This document shows positions 8,952 to 17,104 of a stretch of 64,000 nt of DNA, piece after piece. The notes under the pieces were generated by a model. The model was given only the letters and a program-made list of their open reading frames with translations, was not told the origin of the DNA and did not search any database. Both the position numbers and the translations under genes were made by a program. The DNA is from an uncultured Gammaproteobacteria bacterium (GTDB taxonomy: Bacteria > Pseudomonadota > Gammaproteobacteria > Steroidobacterales > UBA11654), in NCBI GenBank assembly GCA_902595845.1, contig CACJRN010000006.1, forward strand, positions 1,531-65,530, read 5' to 3'. The stretch's first letter is position 1; each line of letters begins with the position of its first letter.

Positions 8952-10220
8952 ATGCCAAGACTCTTTCTAGCCCCTGTATTCGCAGTCGCCGCACTTCTTA
9001 CAATGTCTTCAGAGGCTAAACAGGAGCCGTCGCCAGCTGATTATGCAAGAGCACAAATCGAAAACCTTCCAGAAGACGACATTTGGTGGACTAAAAATGG
9101 TGAAACCATGCTATGGAGCTTTAAAAATCTACATACAATTTTTCCAACAGTAACGTTGCACCGCAAAGGAGCGGTTAAAGAGCTTGAGACATCGATAGAT
9201 GAAGATATAGGCTCAATATATATCCCTACGAATGCCGGCAATATGCAGCTAAATAGTTTTTTGGACAGCGATGAGTCAACCGCGATTTCTGTTCTCATAC
9301 TTCATAAGGGTAAGATCGTTTTTGAGCGCTATCCAAGAATGAAGCCCCATGAGAAGCCAGTGCATTGGTCTGTTACTAAAGTCTTGGTTTCTTCCTTGGT
9401 GTCAATTCTTGAATCCGAAGAAAAAGTGAATGTGGAGCACACAATAGAGCGTTATATTCCAGAGCTTTCTGGATCAGACTTTAAGGGCGTTAAAATTAAA
9501 AACATACTGGATATGGCAACCGGACTGAAATGTCCTGAAGAGTATGTTGATAAGTCAGCCTGTTACTACGTTTATTCATCGGCCATAGGTGACGGATATT
9601 GGAATGAGCGCTCACCAAATAATCCATATGAATATGTCTCTAAACTTAAGGTTGGAAAATATGTTGAGCAGGGAAAAGAATACGATTATTCAGGAATAAA
9701 TACTTTTGTATTGGGGTGGCTTGTCGAGAGAGTAACAGGCCTTCAGTTACATGAGGCAGCGAGCGAAATGATATGGTCTAAGATTGGTGCTGAAGCAGAT
9801 GCATCCTTCTTTGCCCCCAGATATGGCGTGCCGGTTATTCATGGCGGTCTTTTGGCAAGACCAAGAGACTTGGCAAGGTTTGGGCTTTTATTCACCCCAA
9901 GCCACAATGTTGTCAGCGAACTTCCTATAATAACCGAGAAGCATATTAGGAGGCTTCTATATCAAGGCAGGCCAGAGCTATTAGCGAACCAAAAAAACCT
10001 ACCTGAAGGCGCCAAGCATAACGCGTATCAATGGGATTTTGTTTTTGAGGATGGAACGCTATATAAAGGAGGTTGGGCGGGACAAGGAATAATGGTTAAT
10101 CCTGTTCACGACTATGTGTTTGTTTGGAATAGTTATTTTAAGGATAAAGACGAGAGCGAGACAAAATTAACACCTATAATGTTTCAAGTAGCAAAGAGCT
10201 TAATCAGAGAAAATAAGTGA
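8952..10220 (+). CDS. Exported serine hydrolase, beta-lactamase class C/NylB-like
   Basis: Signal peptide, WSVTK (SxxK), ILDMATG, YSGINT, DLARFG, KGGWAGQ. Confidence 0.85.
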   Translation: MPRLFLAPVFAVAALLTMSSEAKQEPSPADYARAQIENLPEDDIWWTKNGETMLWSFKNLHTIFPTVTLHRKGAVKELETSIDEDIGSIYIPTNAGNMQLNSFLDSDESTAISVLILHKGKIVFERYPRMKPHEKPVHWSVTKVLVSSLVSILESEEKVNVEHTIERYIPELSGSDFKGVKIKNILDMATGLKCPEEYVDKSACYYVYSSAIGDGYWNERSPNNPYEYVSKLKVGKYVEQGKEYDYSGINTFVLGWLVERVTGLQLHEAASEMIWSKIGAEADASFFAPRYGVPVIHGGLLARPRDLARFGLLFTPSHNVVSELPIITEKHIRRLLYQGRPELLANQKNLPEGAKHNAYQWDFVFEDGTLYKGGWAGQGIMVNPVHDYVFVWNSYFKDKDESETKLTPIMFQVAKSLIRENK

Positions 10221-11245
10221 CAGAAAAATACTCAATCTATGGCAATGATCTCTCACCTTATTCTGTAAAGATAAGGTCATATTTTAGGTACAAAGACATT
10301 GAGCACGAGTGGATAGAAAGAAACCTAAAAACTCAAAAAACATTCAATAAGCTCGCAAAAATTCAAATCATTCCTTTGATTCTGTGCCCAGATGGTGAGG
10401 TCCTCCAAGACTCAACACCAATTATTCTAAAAATGGAAAAAAAGTTCATAAAAAACCCAGTTGTTCCAGAAGAGCCTGTCCTGTCTCTTTTATCAAGATT
10501 GCTAGAAGAGTATGCAGATGAGTGGGCCGTCAAACACATGTGCCATTATCGGTGGCATTATGAAGAGAATCTGGATGCCGCCGGCAAAAGGTTTGCAAAA
10601 CTTTATGTCCCACAAACAATCCAACAAATCGCTTGGCTTAGAACATTTTTCTTAAATAAAGCAACCAATGCTTTTAAGGCCAGGATGTCAAAAAGGCTCT
10701 GGGTTGTTGGGTCAAATGAAATAACCAAAATACCAATAGAGGAGTCATTCAAAAACCTAATAGAGCTTCTCGATAAGCACTTAGAGGCAAGACCATACAT
10801 ATTTGGAAGCAAACCCTCTATTGCAGATTTTGCTTTGTGGGGCCATATTTATAATGCCAACAATGATGTCACTGCACGCAAGCTTATTCAGAAGCATGTG
10901 CCCAAATTGAATAACTGGATTGAGAGGATGGAGGACCCAAAAGAAATGGGCGATTTTGAAACATGGCATGACTTAAAGCCAACGCTTTTACCTTTGATAA
11001 AGGAAGAAGTTGCAGAAACTTTTTTGCCCTGGGTTATAGCAAACAATAAGGCAGTTAAAAACAATAAAGACAAGGTTTCAATAACCTTAAAAGGAAGACC
11101 TTTTGAGCATAAAGTAACTTCTGTGCAGAAGTTTCATGCAAAATCGTTCAGTTTGCTCATGGAGCACTATAAATCAATTTCTCGTGATCAGGAGTTGGAG
11201 GAAATGCTTGTTGAAACAGGCGTTAAGGAGCATCTGGATGCATAG
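10217..11245 (+). CDS. Glutathione S-transferase-like protein (extended)
   Basis: SPYSVKIRSY, IP...QDSTPI, PYIFGSKPSIADFAL. Confidence 0.82.
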   Translation: MTEKYSIYGNDLSPYSVKIRSYFRYKDIEHEWIERNLKTQKTFNKLAKIQIIPLILCPDGEVLQDSTPIILKMEKKFIKNPVVPEEPVLSLLSRLLEEYADEWAVKHMCHYRWHYEENLDAAGKRFAKLYVPQTIQQIAWLRTFFLNKATNAFKARMSKRLWVVGSNEITKIPIEESFKNLIELLDKHLEARPYIFGSKPSIADFALWGHIYNANNDVTARKLIQKHVPKLNNWIERMEDPKEMGDFETWHDLKPTLLPLIKEEVAETFLPWVIANNKAVKNNKDKVSITLKGRPFEHKVTSVQKFHAKSFSLLMEHYKSISRDQELEEMLVETGVKEHLDA

Positions 11246-12083
11246 TCTGGAGGTCTATCAGTCTCTCTGGGGGATGGAGCAAAGACACCCGACAAAACAA
11301 GAGCCCTCAGATGAACAGAACTTTCAAAAAATAAAAGGCGGGGGCTTTGCTGGAGCAACGATCGACTTAGCGGCCCATGAGATTAAAGAGTTCCAGAAAA
11401 AAAAGCATTATTTTGTTGAGAATAATTTGGGATGCATGGTCAATGCTTTTCCTTATTCTAAAGAAGATCTTTTGCCGCTCTTGAGACTTGCCAAAGAGTT
11501 TGACGCATGCTTTGTAAACATTATTGGCGGTGTTATGCCAATTGATTATAAAGACGCAATACCATTGGTTTATGACTGGATGGAGGAAGCTGACAAAGAG
11601 GGGGTTCAGATATTATTTGAGACCCATAGAGACAGTTTATTGAATGATCTTTATTACACGCTTCAACTAATCGAAGAAGTTCCTGAAATGAGGTTAACAG
11701 CAGATTTGTCACACTTCGTGGTGGACAGAGAGATGTGGACGCCGATAAACAATAGAGATCAGAAGCATATAGAAAGAATACTCAATCGATCAGACTGTTT
11801 TCAGGGCAGGGTTGCATCAAGAGGGCAAATACAGGTTCAGATAGACTTTCCACAACATAAAGAATGGGTATCTATTTTCAAAGGTTGGTGGAAGTACGGC
11901 CTAGAGCAATGGCAAAAAAGACAAACAGAAGATTCAACAGTGAGATTTCTATGTGAGTTGGGACCACCAACAAGTTATGCAATAACAGATGCAGCTCAGT
12001 TAGAATTATCAGATCGATGGGAAGAAGCATTGACAATAAAAAAATGGATAGAAGACATGTGGCAAGAAATAGAGAAAGCATGA
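11238..12083 (+). CDS. Sugar-phosphate isomerase/epimerase (xylose-isomerase-like TIM barrel)
   Basis: SLWGM, FETHR, LTADLSHF, QGRV, CELGPP; AAGGAG RBS before ATG 11238. Confidence 0.78.
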   Translation: MHSLEVYQSLWGMEQRHPTKQEPSDEQNFQKIKGGGFAGATIDLAAHEIKEFQKKKHYFVENNLGCMVNAFPYSKEDLLPLLRLAKEFDACFVNIIGGVMPIDYKDAIPLVYDWMEEADKEGVQILFETHRDSLLNDLYYTLQLIEEVPEMRLTADLSHFVVDREMWTPINNRDQKHIERILNRSDCFQGRVASRGQIQVQIDFPQHKEWVSIFKGWWKYGLEQWQKRQTEDSTVRFLCELGPPTSYAITDAAQLELSDRWEEALTIKKWIEDMWQEIEKA

Positions 12084-13132
12084 ACAGTAATTTTTCTTTT
12101 CCAGTGCTCGAGCACCCAGCACCAAATTGTGACAACAAGAATGCCCTTGATTTAGCGAAGGACTGGATGCAGCTGGATCAAAATTCAATTGTTACACCCT
12201 TGGTGAGTGAAAGAGATCGCAACTTCCTTATCTCATCAAACCAAGAAAAAGCAATTCTGAAAATTTCAAACCATAAAGAGGAAAGGGGCGTCCTGGAGTT
12301 TCAGACTGAGGCACTCCTTCACCTCCAAAAAACAACAAGCCTAAATTTACCAAGGGCAAAAAAGAACATTGACGGCGAATACCTTGTTACAAAGAATGTG
12401 GGCGGCGAAGACTGTTTTGTGAGAATGGTCACTTATTTAGAGGGCATCCCTTTGGATGATATCAGAGCAGTGATTATAGACCCAAAAATGCTGCACCTAT
12501 CCATGGGTAATTTTTTGGCAAAGCTGGGCAACGGGCTAGATGGATTTTCACACCCTAACCAAAATCATCCGCTCCTTTGGGATGTTGGTAAAACTGAAAG
12601 CCTTTTTGATGTTTTGGGCGGTATACAAGATGAGCAGAAAAGAAAAATGGCTGAACTTGCATTGTTCTTCTATCAAAACAATACAAAAGAGCTTTTATCA
12701 GAACAAAGAAAACAAATCATTCACAATGACATGAACCCGGACAATGTTTTGGTTTCCAAGGAAGACCCAAGCTCTGTGGTCGGAATGATAGATTTTGGTG
12801 ATATGCTCCACGCACCCCTGATCAATGACTTAGCTGTAGCTTGTGCATATGAAACAATAAGGGTTGAATCGCTTTATAGCGGCTCAAAAGACCTCTTGCT
12901 TGGCTACCACAGTGAAAATAACCTTTTAGAAAGTGAGGCTATGCTATTGCCGATGTTGGCATACAACAGAATTGCAATGTCTCTAATCATATCCGAGTGG
13001 AGAGCAAGCAAACACCCAGAAAACAGAGAATACATTCTTGGAAACATTAACCACACGTGGTCCATTTTTAAAGAAATAAATGAAGAAGAAATTAAAAAAA
13101 CCGGGACCCAGCTTGTCGACCTTCTGGTCTGA
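12080..13132 (+). CDS. Aminoglycoside-phosphotransferase-fold kinase, hydroxylysine kinase (HYKK/AGPHD1)-like
   Basis: SERDRNF, LKIS, LLWD, IIHNDMNPDNVLV, IDFGD; ATGA overlap with the upstream gene. Confidence 0.85.
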   Translation: MNSNFSFPVLEHPAPNCDNKNALDLAKDWMQLDQNSIVTPLVSERDRNFLISSNQEKAILKISNHKEERGVLEFQTEALLHLQKTTSLNLPRAKKNIDGEYLVTKNVGGEDCFVRMVTYLEGIPLDDIRAVIIDPKMLHLSMGNFLAKLGNGLDGFSHPNQNHPLLWDVGKTESLFDVLGGIQDEQKRKMAELALFFYQNNTKELLSEQRKQIIHNDMNPDNVLVSKEDPSSVVGMIDFGDMLHAPLINDLAVACAYETIRVESLYSGSKDLLLGYHSENNLLESEAMLLPMLAYNRIAMSLIISEWRASKHPENREYILGNINHTWSIFKEINEEEIKKTGTQLVDLLV

Positions 13133-13141
13133 TTTGAAAAA

Positions 13142-14365
13142 ATGAGCATATTAAGCAGGAGAAAGAAGCACCTTGGAAACGGCTCCAAATATTTTTATGA
13201 AAAACCGCTTCATATAATCAAAGGTGAAGATGTTTGGTTGATCGACGAGAAGGGCAAAAGGTTTTTAGACGTTTATAACAATGTGGCTCATGTCGGTCAC
13301 TCCAACCCCAGGGTGGTGAGTGCAATAACCGAACAAAGCAAAACGCTCAATACAAACACCAGATACCTTCACGAAAAGATTATTTTATTGGCCGAGAGAC
13401 TGGCAGCAACTATGGAGGAGGGTTTAGATGTGGCCTATTTCTGTTGTTCAGGCAGCGAAGCAAATGATTTGGCGGTTCAGCTCGCAAAGGCGCATACAAA
13501 ACACCAAGGATGTATCGTTCTTTCAAACGCATACCATGGAAACACCACAGAGATTTTTCAACTAAGCCCAGAAGATTGCCCAAAAGAGCAGAGAAAAGAT
13601 TGGATAAAAACAATCCCAGGACCCAGAGGTTTTATAGGAAACGAAAGCGCTTACATAAAAAAACTAAGGGAAGAGGCAGAAACCCTTGCCAGCAGCAGAC
13701 ATGGCGTTGCTTGCTTCATTGCTGACAGCGTTTTTAGTAGTGACGGGATTTATGAGATACCAAAGGGTTTTTTAAAAAAAATTTACCAAGAAATAAGAAG
13801 CTTTGGTGGGGTTGTTATTGCAGATGAGGTTCAGTCAGGTTTTGGTAGGCTTGGTGACCAAATGTGGGCTTATCAGGACGATGCAGTGGTTCCAGACATC
13901 GTAACCATGGGCAAACCAATGGGAAACGGCCACCCAGTATCGGCTTTACTTACACACAGAGAGCTCATTGAGTCCTTAGATCAGGCATACAATGGCAACT
14001 CTTACTTTAATACATTTGGAGGAAACCCTGTGTCAGCAGCAGCAGCGCTTTCAGTTTTAGATATTATCGAAGAAGACAGCCTCATAGATCAGGCCGGACA
14101 GGTTGGAGACTACTTGAAAAAACAACTTAGGAACACCTTGCAAAACAAGGAAAGCGTTGTCGAGATTAGGGGGAAAGGCTTGTTTTTAGGTATCGAGCTT
14201 GATGACCCATCAAAGACAGCAAAAACAATGGAAGAGATGATGCGTCAAGGTGTTTTAGTCGGCAAAACAGGACCAACAAATAGCGTGATAAAACTAAGGC
14301 CTTCAATGACATTTAAAAAAGAACACGCAGATTTGCTGGTAGAAAAACTAAACCAATGTTTGTGA
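13142..14365 (+). CDS. Class III PLP enzyme, ethanolamine-phosphate/phosphohydroxylysine phospho-lyase (AGXT2L)-like
   Basis: YNNVAHVGH, NTNTRYLH, SGSEANDLA, DEVQSGFGR, PDIVTMGKPMGNGHP, YFNTFGGNP. Confidence 0.85.
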   Translation: MSILSRRKKHLGNGSKYFYEKPLHIIKGEDVWLIDEKGKRFLDVYNNVAHVGHSNPRVVSAITEQSKTLNTNTRYLHEKIILLAERLAATMEEGLDVAYFCCSGSEANDLAVQLAKAHTKHQGCIVLSNAYHGNTTEIFQLSPEDCPKEQRKDWIKTIPGPRGFIGNESAYIKKLREEAETLASSRHGVACFIADSVFSSDGIYEIPKGFLKKIYQEIRSFGGVVIADEVQSGFGRLGDQMWAYQDDAVVPDIVTMGKPMGNGHPVSALLTHRELIESLDQAYNGNSYFNTFGGNPVSAAAALSVLDIIEEDSLIDQAGQVGDYLKKQLRNTLQNKESVVEIRGKGLFLGIELDDPSKTAKTMEEMMRQGVLVGKTGPTNSVIKLRPSMTFKKEHADLLVEKLNQCL

Positions 14366-14369
14366 ACAA

Positions 14370-15134
14370 TCAGCCAAGCTCTACAACCACCGGAGTGTGG
14401 TCTGAGGGTTTTTCAAGCCACCTTGGTTTTTCATCAATATAGCTTTTTTTACAAAGAGGTTTGAGCTCATCCGAGACGAGTAACAAGTCGATTCTCAGAC
14501 CAAGCTCCTTGGTGTATGCTGCAGTTCTATAATCCCACCAGCTATGAAACCCAGCGCCTTTCTCAAACAATCGAAAACTATCATGAAAACCCATAGAAAG
14601 GATTTGTTTAAACATTGTTCGTTCTTGATCGCTACATAAAATTTTATCTCTCCATTTTTCAGGATCATGTACATCTTCATCACAAGGAGCTATGTTGAAA
14701 TCACCAAGCACAACCATCTTAGGATATTTTTTTAAATCGTCATTGAGCATTTTTTTTAAATGATCTAACCAATCAAGCTTGTAAGCAAACTTCTCAGAGC
14801 CAACGGCTTGTCCGTTTGGAACATATACGTTAACTACCCTAATGTCTTCATGTGTGGTCGATACCACCCTCGTTTGTGGGTCATCAAAACCTCTGATTCC
14901 TTTACTTGTCTTTGCCGACCCATTTTTTATTATGTTGGCGACACCGTTGTATGATTTTTGACCAAAGGCTTCAACAGAATAGGACAAAGCCTCAAAAGCA
15001 TCATAAGGAAAAAGCTCATCCACAACTTTTGTCTCTTGCAGGGCGAGTACATCGGGTTGATTGTCTTCGATCCACGCAACCACATGATCAATTCTTGCTC
15101 TGATGCCATTGACATTCCAGCTTGCAATCTTCAT
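14370..15134 (-). CDS. xthA: Exodeoxyribonuclease III
   Basis: SWNVNGIR, LQETK, YVPNG, GDFNIAP, WWDYR, GLRID, PSDHTP. Confidence 0.93.
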   Translation of the reverse strand: MKIASWNVNGIRARIDHVVAWIEDNQPDVLALQETKVVDELFPYDAFEALSYSVEAFGQKSYNGVANIIKNGSAKTSKGIRGFDDPQTRVVSTTHEDIRVVNVYVPNGQAVGSEKFAYKLDWLDHLKKMLNDDLKKYPKMVVLGDFNIAPCDEDVHDPEKWRDKILCSDQERTMFKQILSMGFHDSFRLFEKGAGFHSWWDYRTAAYTKELGLRIDLLLVSDELKPLCKKSYIDEKPRWLEKPSDHTPVVVELG

Positions 15135-15227
15135 AAAAATGAATGTAAACCATTTGTATGTGAATGTAATGAAATTTTATTAAAAAACATCTATATTTGT
15201 TTGATAAAAACCCAAACAAATAAAAGC

Positions 15228-15458
15228 ATGAAAGCAGAAATTTTTGGAAAAACCGATTGCATACATTGTGAAAAAGCAAAGATGTTATGCTCCCAGAAAG
15301 ACATCGAGTTTATTTACCAAGAGCTCGGCAAAGATTTCGAAATGCAATTTATCTTAGAAAAGTTCCCTGGAGCGAGAACATTTCCACAAATTACAGTTGA
15401 TGGAAAGCATGTGGGCGGATTTGATGACCTTGAAGTTTTCTTAGCAAACCAAGATTAA
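15228..15458 (+). CDS. Glutaredoxin
   Basis: CIHC dithiol, TFPQI, HVGGFDDL; probable start is ATG 15228 (MKAEIFGK). Confidence 0.85.
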   Translation: MKAEIFGKTDCIHCEKAKMLCSQKDIEFIYQELGKDFEMQFILEKFPGARTFPQITVDGKHVGGFDDLEVFLANQD

Positions 15459-15468
15459 GGAGGAAACT

Positions 15469-15732
15469 ATGAAGAAACTGATTATCTTTGCGATGATTTT
15501 TTTTGTTGCGCCAATGGCGAGTGCTGATGAACATAAAAGCGAAACAACATTTATGAACAACCAGGAATGCAATGAGCTTAAGAATGGTATCGCTGAGCTT
15601 TTGATGGTTACAGATTATTATTGGAAAGAGATAGAGAAGGATAATGAGAACAAAGATCTCTATGAGGCAGTTGCATTTTATTCACAACAAGCAGCAAATT
15701 ATTCCACTATTTACGATGTATGGTGTGATTAG
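15469..15732 (+). CDS. Hypothetical exported protein
   Basis: Strong RBS TAAGGAGG, Sec signal peptide (MKKLIIFAMIFFVAPMASA), two Cys. Confidence 0.75.
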   Translation: MKKLIIFAMIFFVAPMASADEHKSETTFMNNQECNELKNGIAELLMVTDYYWKEIEKDNENKDLYEAVAFYSQQAANYSTIYDVWCD

Positions 15733-16544
15733 TTTTCCACTTCTGACTGAAGACGATTAACCACAATAACTGTTTCTGGACGAACTCCTCTCCAGATAGA
15801 AAAAGACTCAGCAGCTTGTTCTACGAGCATTCCCCACCCTTGCAAGGCAGATCTTGAGCCGTTTTCGCTTGACCAATTTTGAAAGAGTGTTGGCTCGTAA
15901 GAATAATTGACATCATATGAATGGGCCCCTTTTATCGCAATTTTGCTGACAGAGGGCACAGTGTTTGATAATTGTGAAGAAGTCGTATTTATGACCAAAT
16001 CATAATTTCTATCGATGTTTTCGCCTGAAACGCAATCAATTTGGAAAAGGTGTGAAAAAGTGTCTCTCAATGACTCGGCTTTTTCCTCTGTTCTATTGGT
16101 TAGGGTTATGTTTTTGGGGTTCATATCAATAATAGAAGGCAATATGCTTTTGGTGGTCCCTCCTGCGCCAATCAGAAGAATTGAGCGACCTTCGATATTT
16201 ATGTTGTTATTGCTTAAGTCTCTGATTAGCCCTATGCCATCGGTGCTCTCCCCATAAACGCGTCCATCCTCAGAAAAAGAAAGCGTATTAACAGCACCAC
16301 AGTTTTTTGCTTGTGAGCCAAGCACATCTGAAATCTCATAAGCCAAACCCTTGAAAGGAAGGGTTACATTGATGCCCTTGCCACCAGATCGAAAAAACTC
16401 CTCAACAACAGCAAAAAATGTGTTTTCTGTTGCCTCAAGTTTTCCGTAAGAGATCTTATGACCAAGCTGCTCGCCGAATAAGCGATGAATTTTGGGCGAC
16501 TTACTGTGCCCAATCGGGTTTCCTATTACCGCATATTTATCCAC
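15729..16544 (-). CDS. aroE: Shikimate dehydrogenase
   Basis: GNPIGHSKSPKIH, NVTLPFK, GAVNT, TDGIG, GAGG, MLVEQAAESF. Confidence 0.93.
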   Translation of the reverse strand: MDKYAVIGNPIGHSKSPKIHRLFGEQLGHKISYGKLEATENTFFAVVEEFFRSGGKGINVTLPFKGLAYEISDVLGSQAKNCGAVNTLSFSEDGRVYGESTDGIGLIRDLSNNNINIEGRSILLIGAGGTTKSILPSIIDMNPKNITLTNRTEEKAESLRDTFSHLFQIDCVSGENIDRNYDLVINTTSSQLSNTVPSVSKIAIKGAHSYDVNYSYEPTLFQNWSSENGSRSALQGWGMLVEQAAESFSIWRGVRPETVIVVNRLQSEVEN

Positions 16545-16558
16545 TTATTGGTGTATCG

Positions 16559-17104
16559 CTAACCACGAATTATTTCGTTTGTAAGTATATCAACAATTCT
16601 TGAAGGTTTTGCGTTTGCATCTGAGGGACCTTCGAGTATAAAGTCAACAATGCCAGAAAGCTCATTTTCAACCTCCGCAAAGGATTTCAACTCAGGGCCA
16701 CCATGAAAATTGGCACTCGTAGAAACAATTGGTGATTCTAAAATAGAGTGTAATAGTGGAACAGGATCTTTTTTTGTGATCCTTATGGCGATTGAAGGAT
16801 GTTTTCCTGAAATCCAAGGCGGAGCATGTTTTGTTTTTGGAACCAAATAGGTCGTTGGAAGATCGTTTTCGTTTTCAAGGGTCTCTTTTTGTTGCTTGTT
16901 AATATCAAGCCATTCCTCAACCCCATCTATAGAGCTACCTAACAAGATTAAACCCATGTCCACAGGCCTTTCTTTGATTTCTAGAAGTCTTTCTACCGCC
17001 GCTTTGTTTTTTGGGTCACAACCGAGGCCATAAACTGTATCAGTTGGGTAAGCGATCACGCCTCCCGACTCAAGAGCGTTGACTACTTGGTTTTTTTCTT
17101 TGAT
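16559..17104 (-). CDS. tsaC: Threonylcarbamoyl-AMP synthase (YrdC/Sua5 family); start uncertain, ATC 17104 or GTG 17059
   Basis: VIAYPTDTVYGLGCDP, IKER, STSAN, PSRIVD; frame stays open and homologous upstream of the GTG. Confidence 0.88.
   Translation of the reverse strand: MKEKNQVVNALESGGVIAYPTDTVYGLGCDPKNKAAVERLLEIKERPVDMGLILLGSSIDGVEEWLDINKQQKETLENENDLPTTYLVPKTKHAPPWISGKHPSIAIRITKKDPVPLLHSILESPIVSTSANFHGGPELKSFAEVENELSGIVDFILEGPSDANAKPSRIVDILTNEIIRG

Noticed and set aside
7905-12079. Long upstream extensions of ORF-track calls starting at 7905, 11136 and 12017
   Set aside because: They overlap the upstream genes; better coupled starts exist at 7989, 11238 and 12080
14958-15227. N-terminal extension of the 166-aa ORF-track call
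   Set aside because: Overlaps xthA antisense and an AT-rich spacer; glutaredoxin homology begins at ATG 15228
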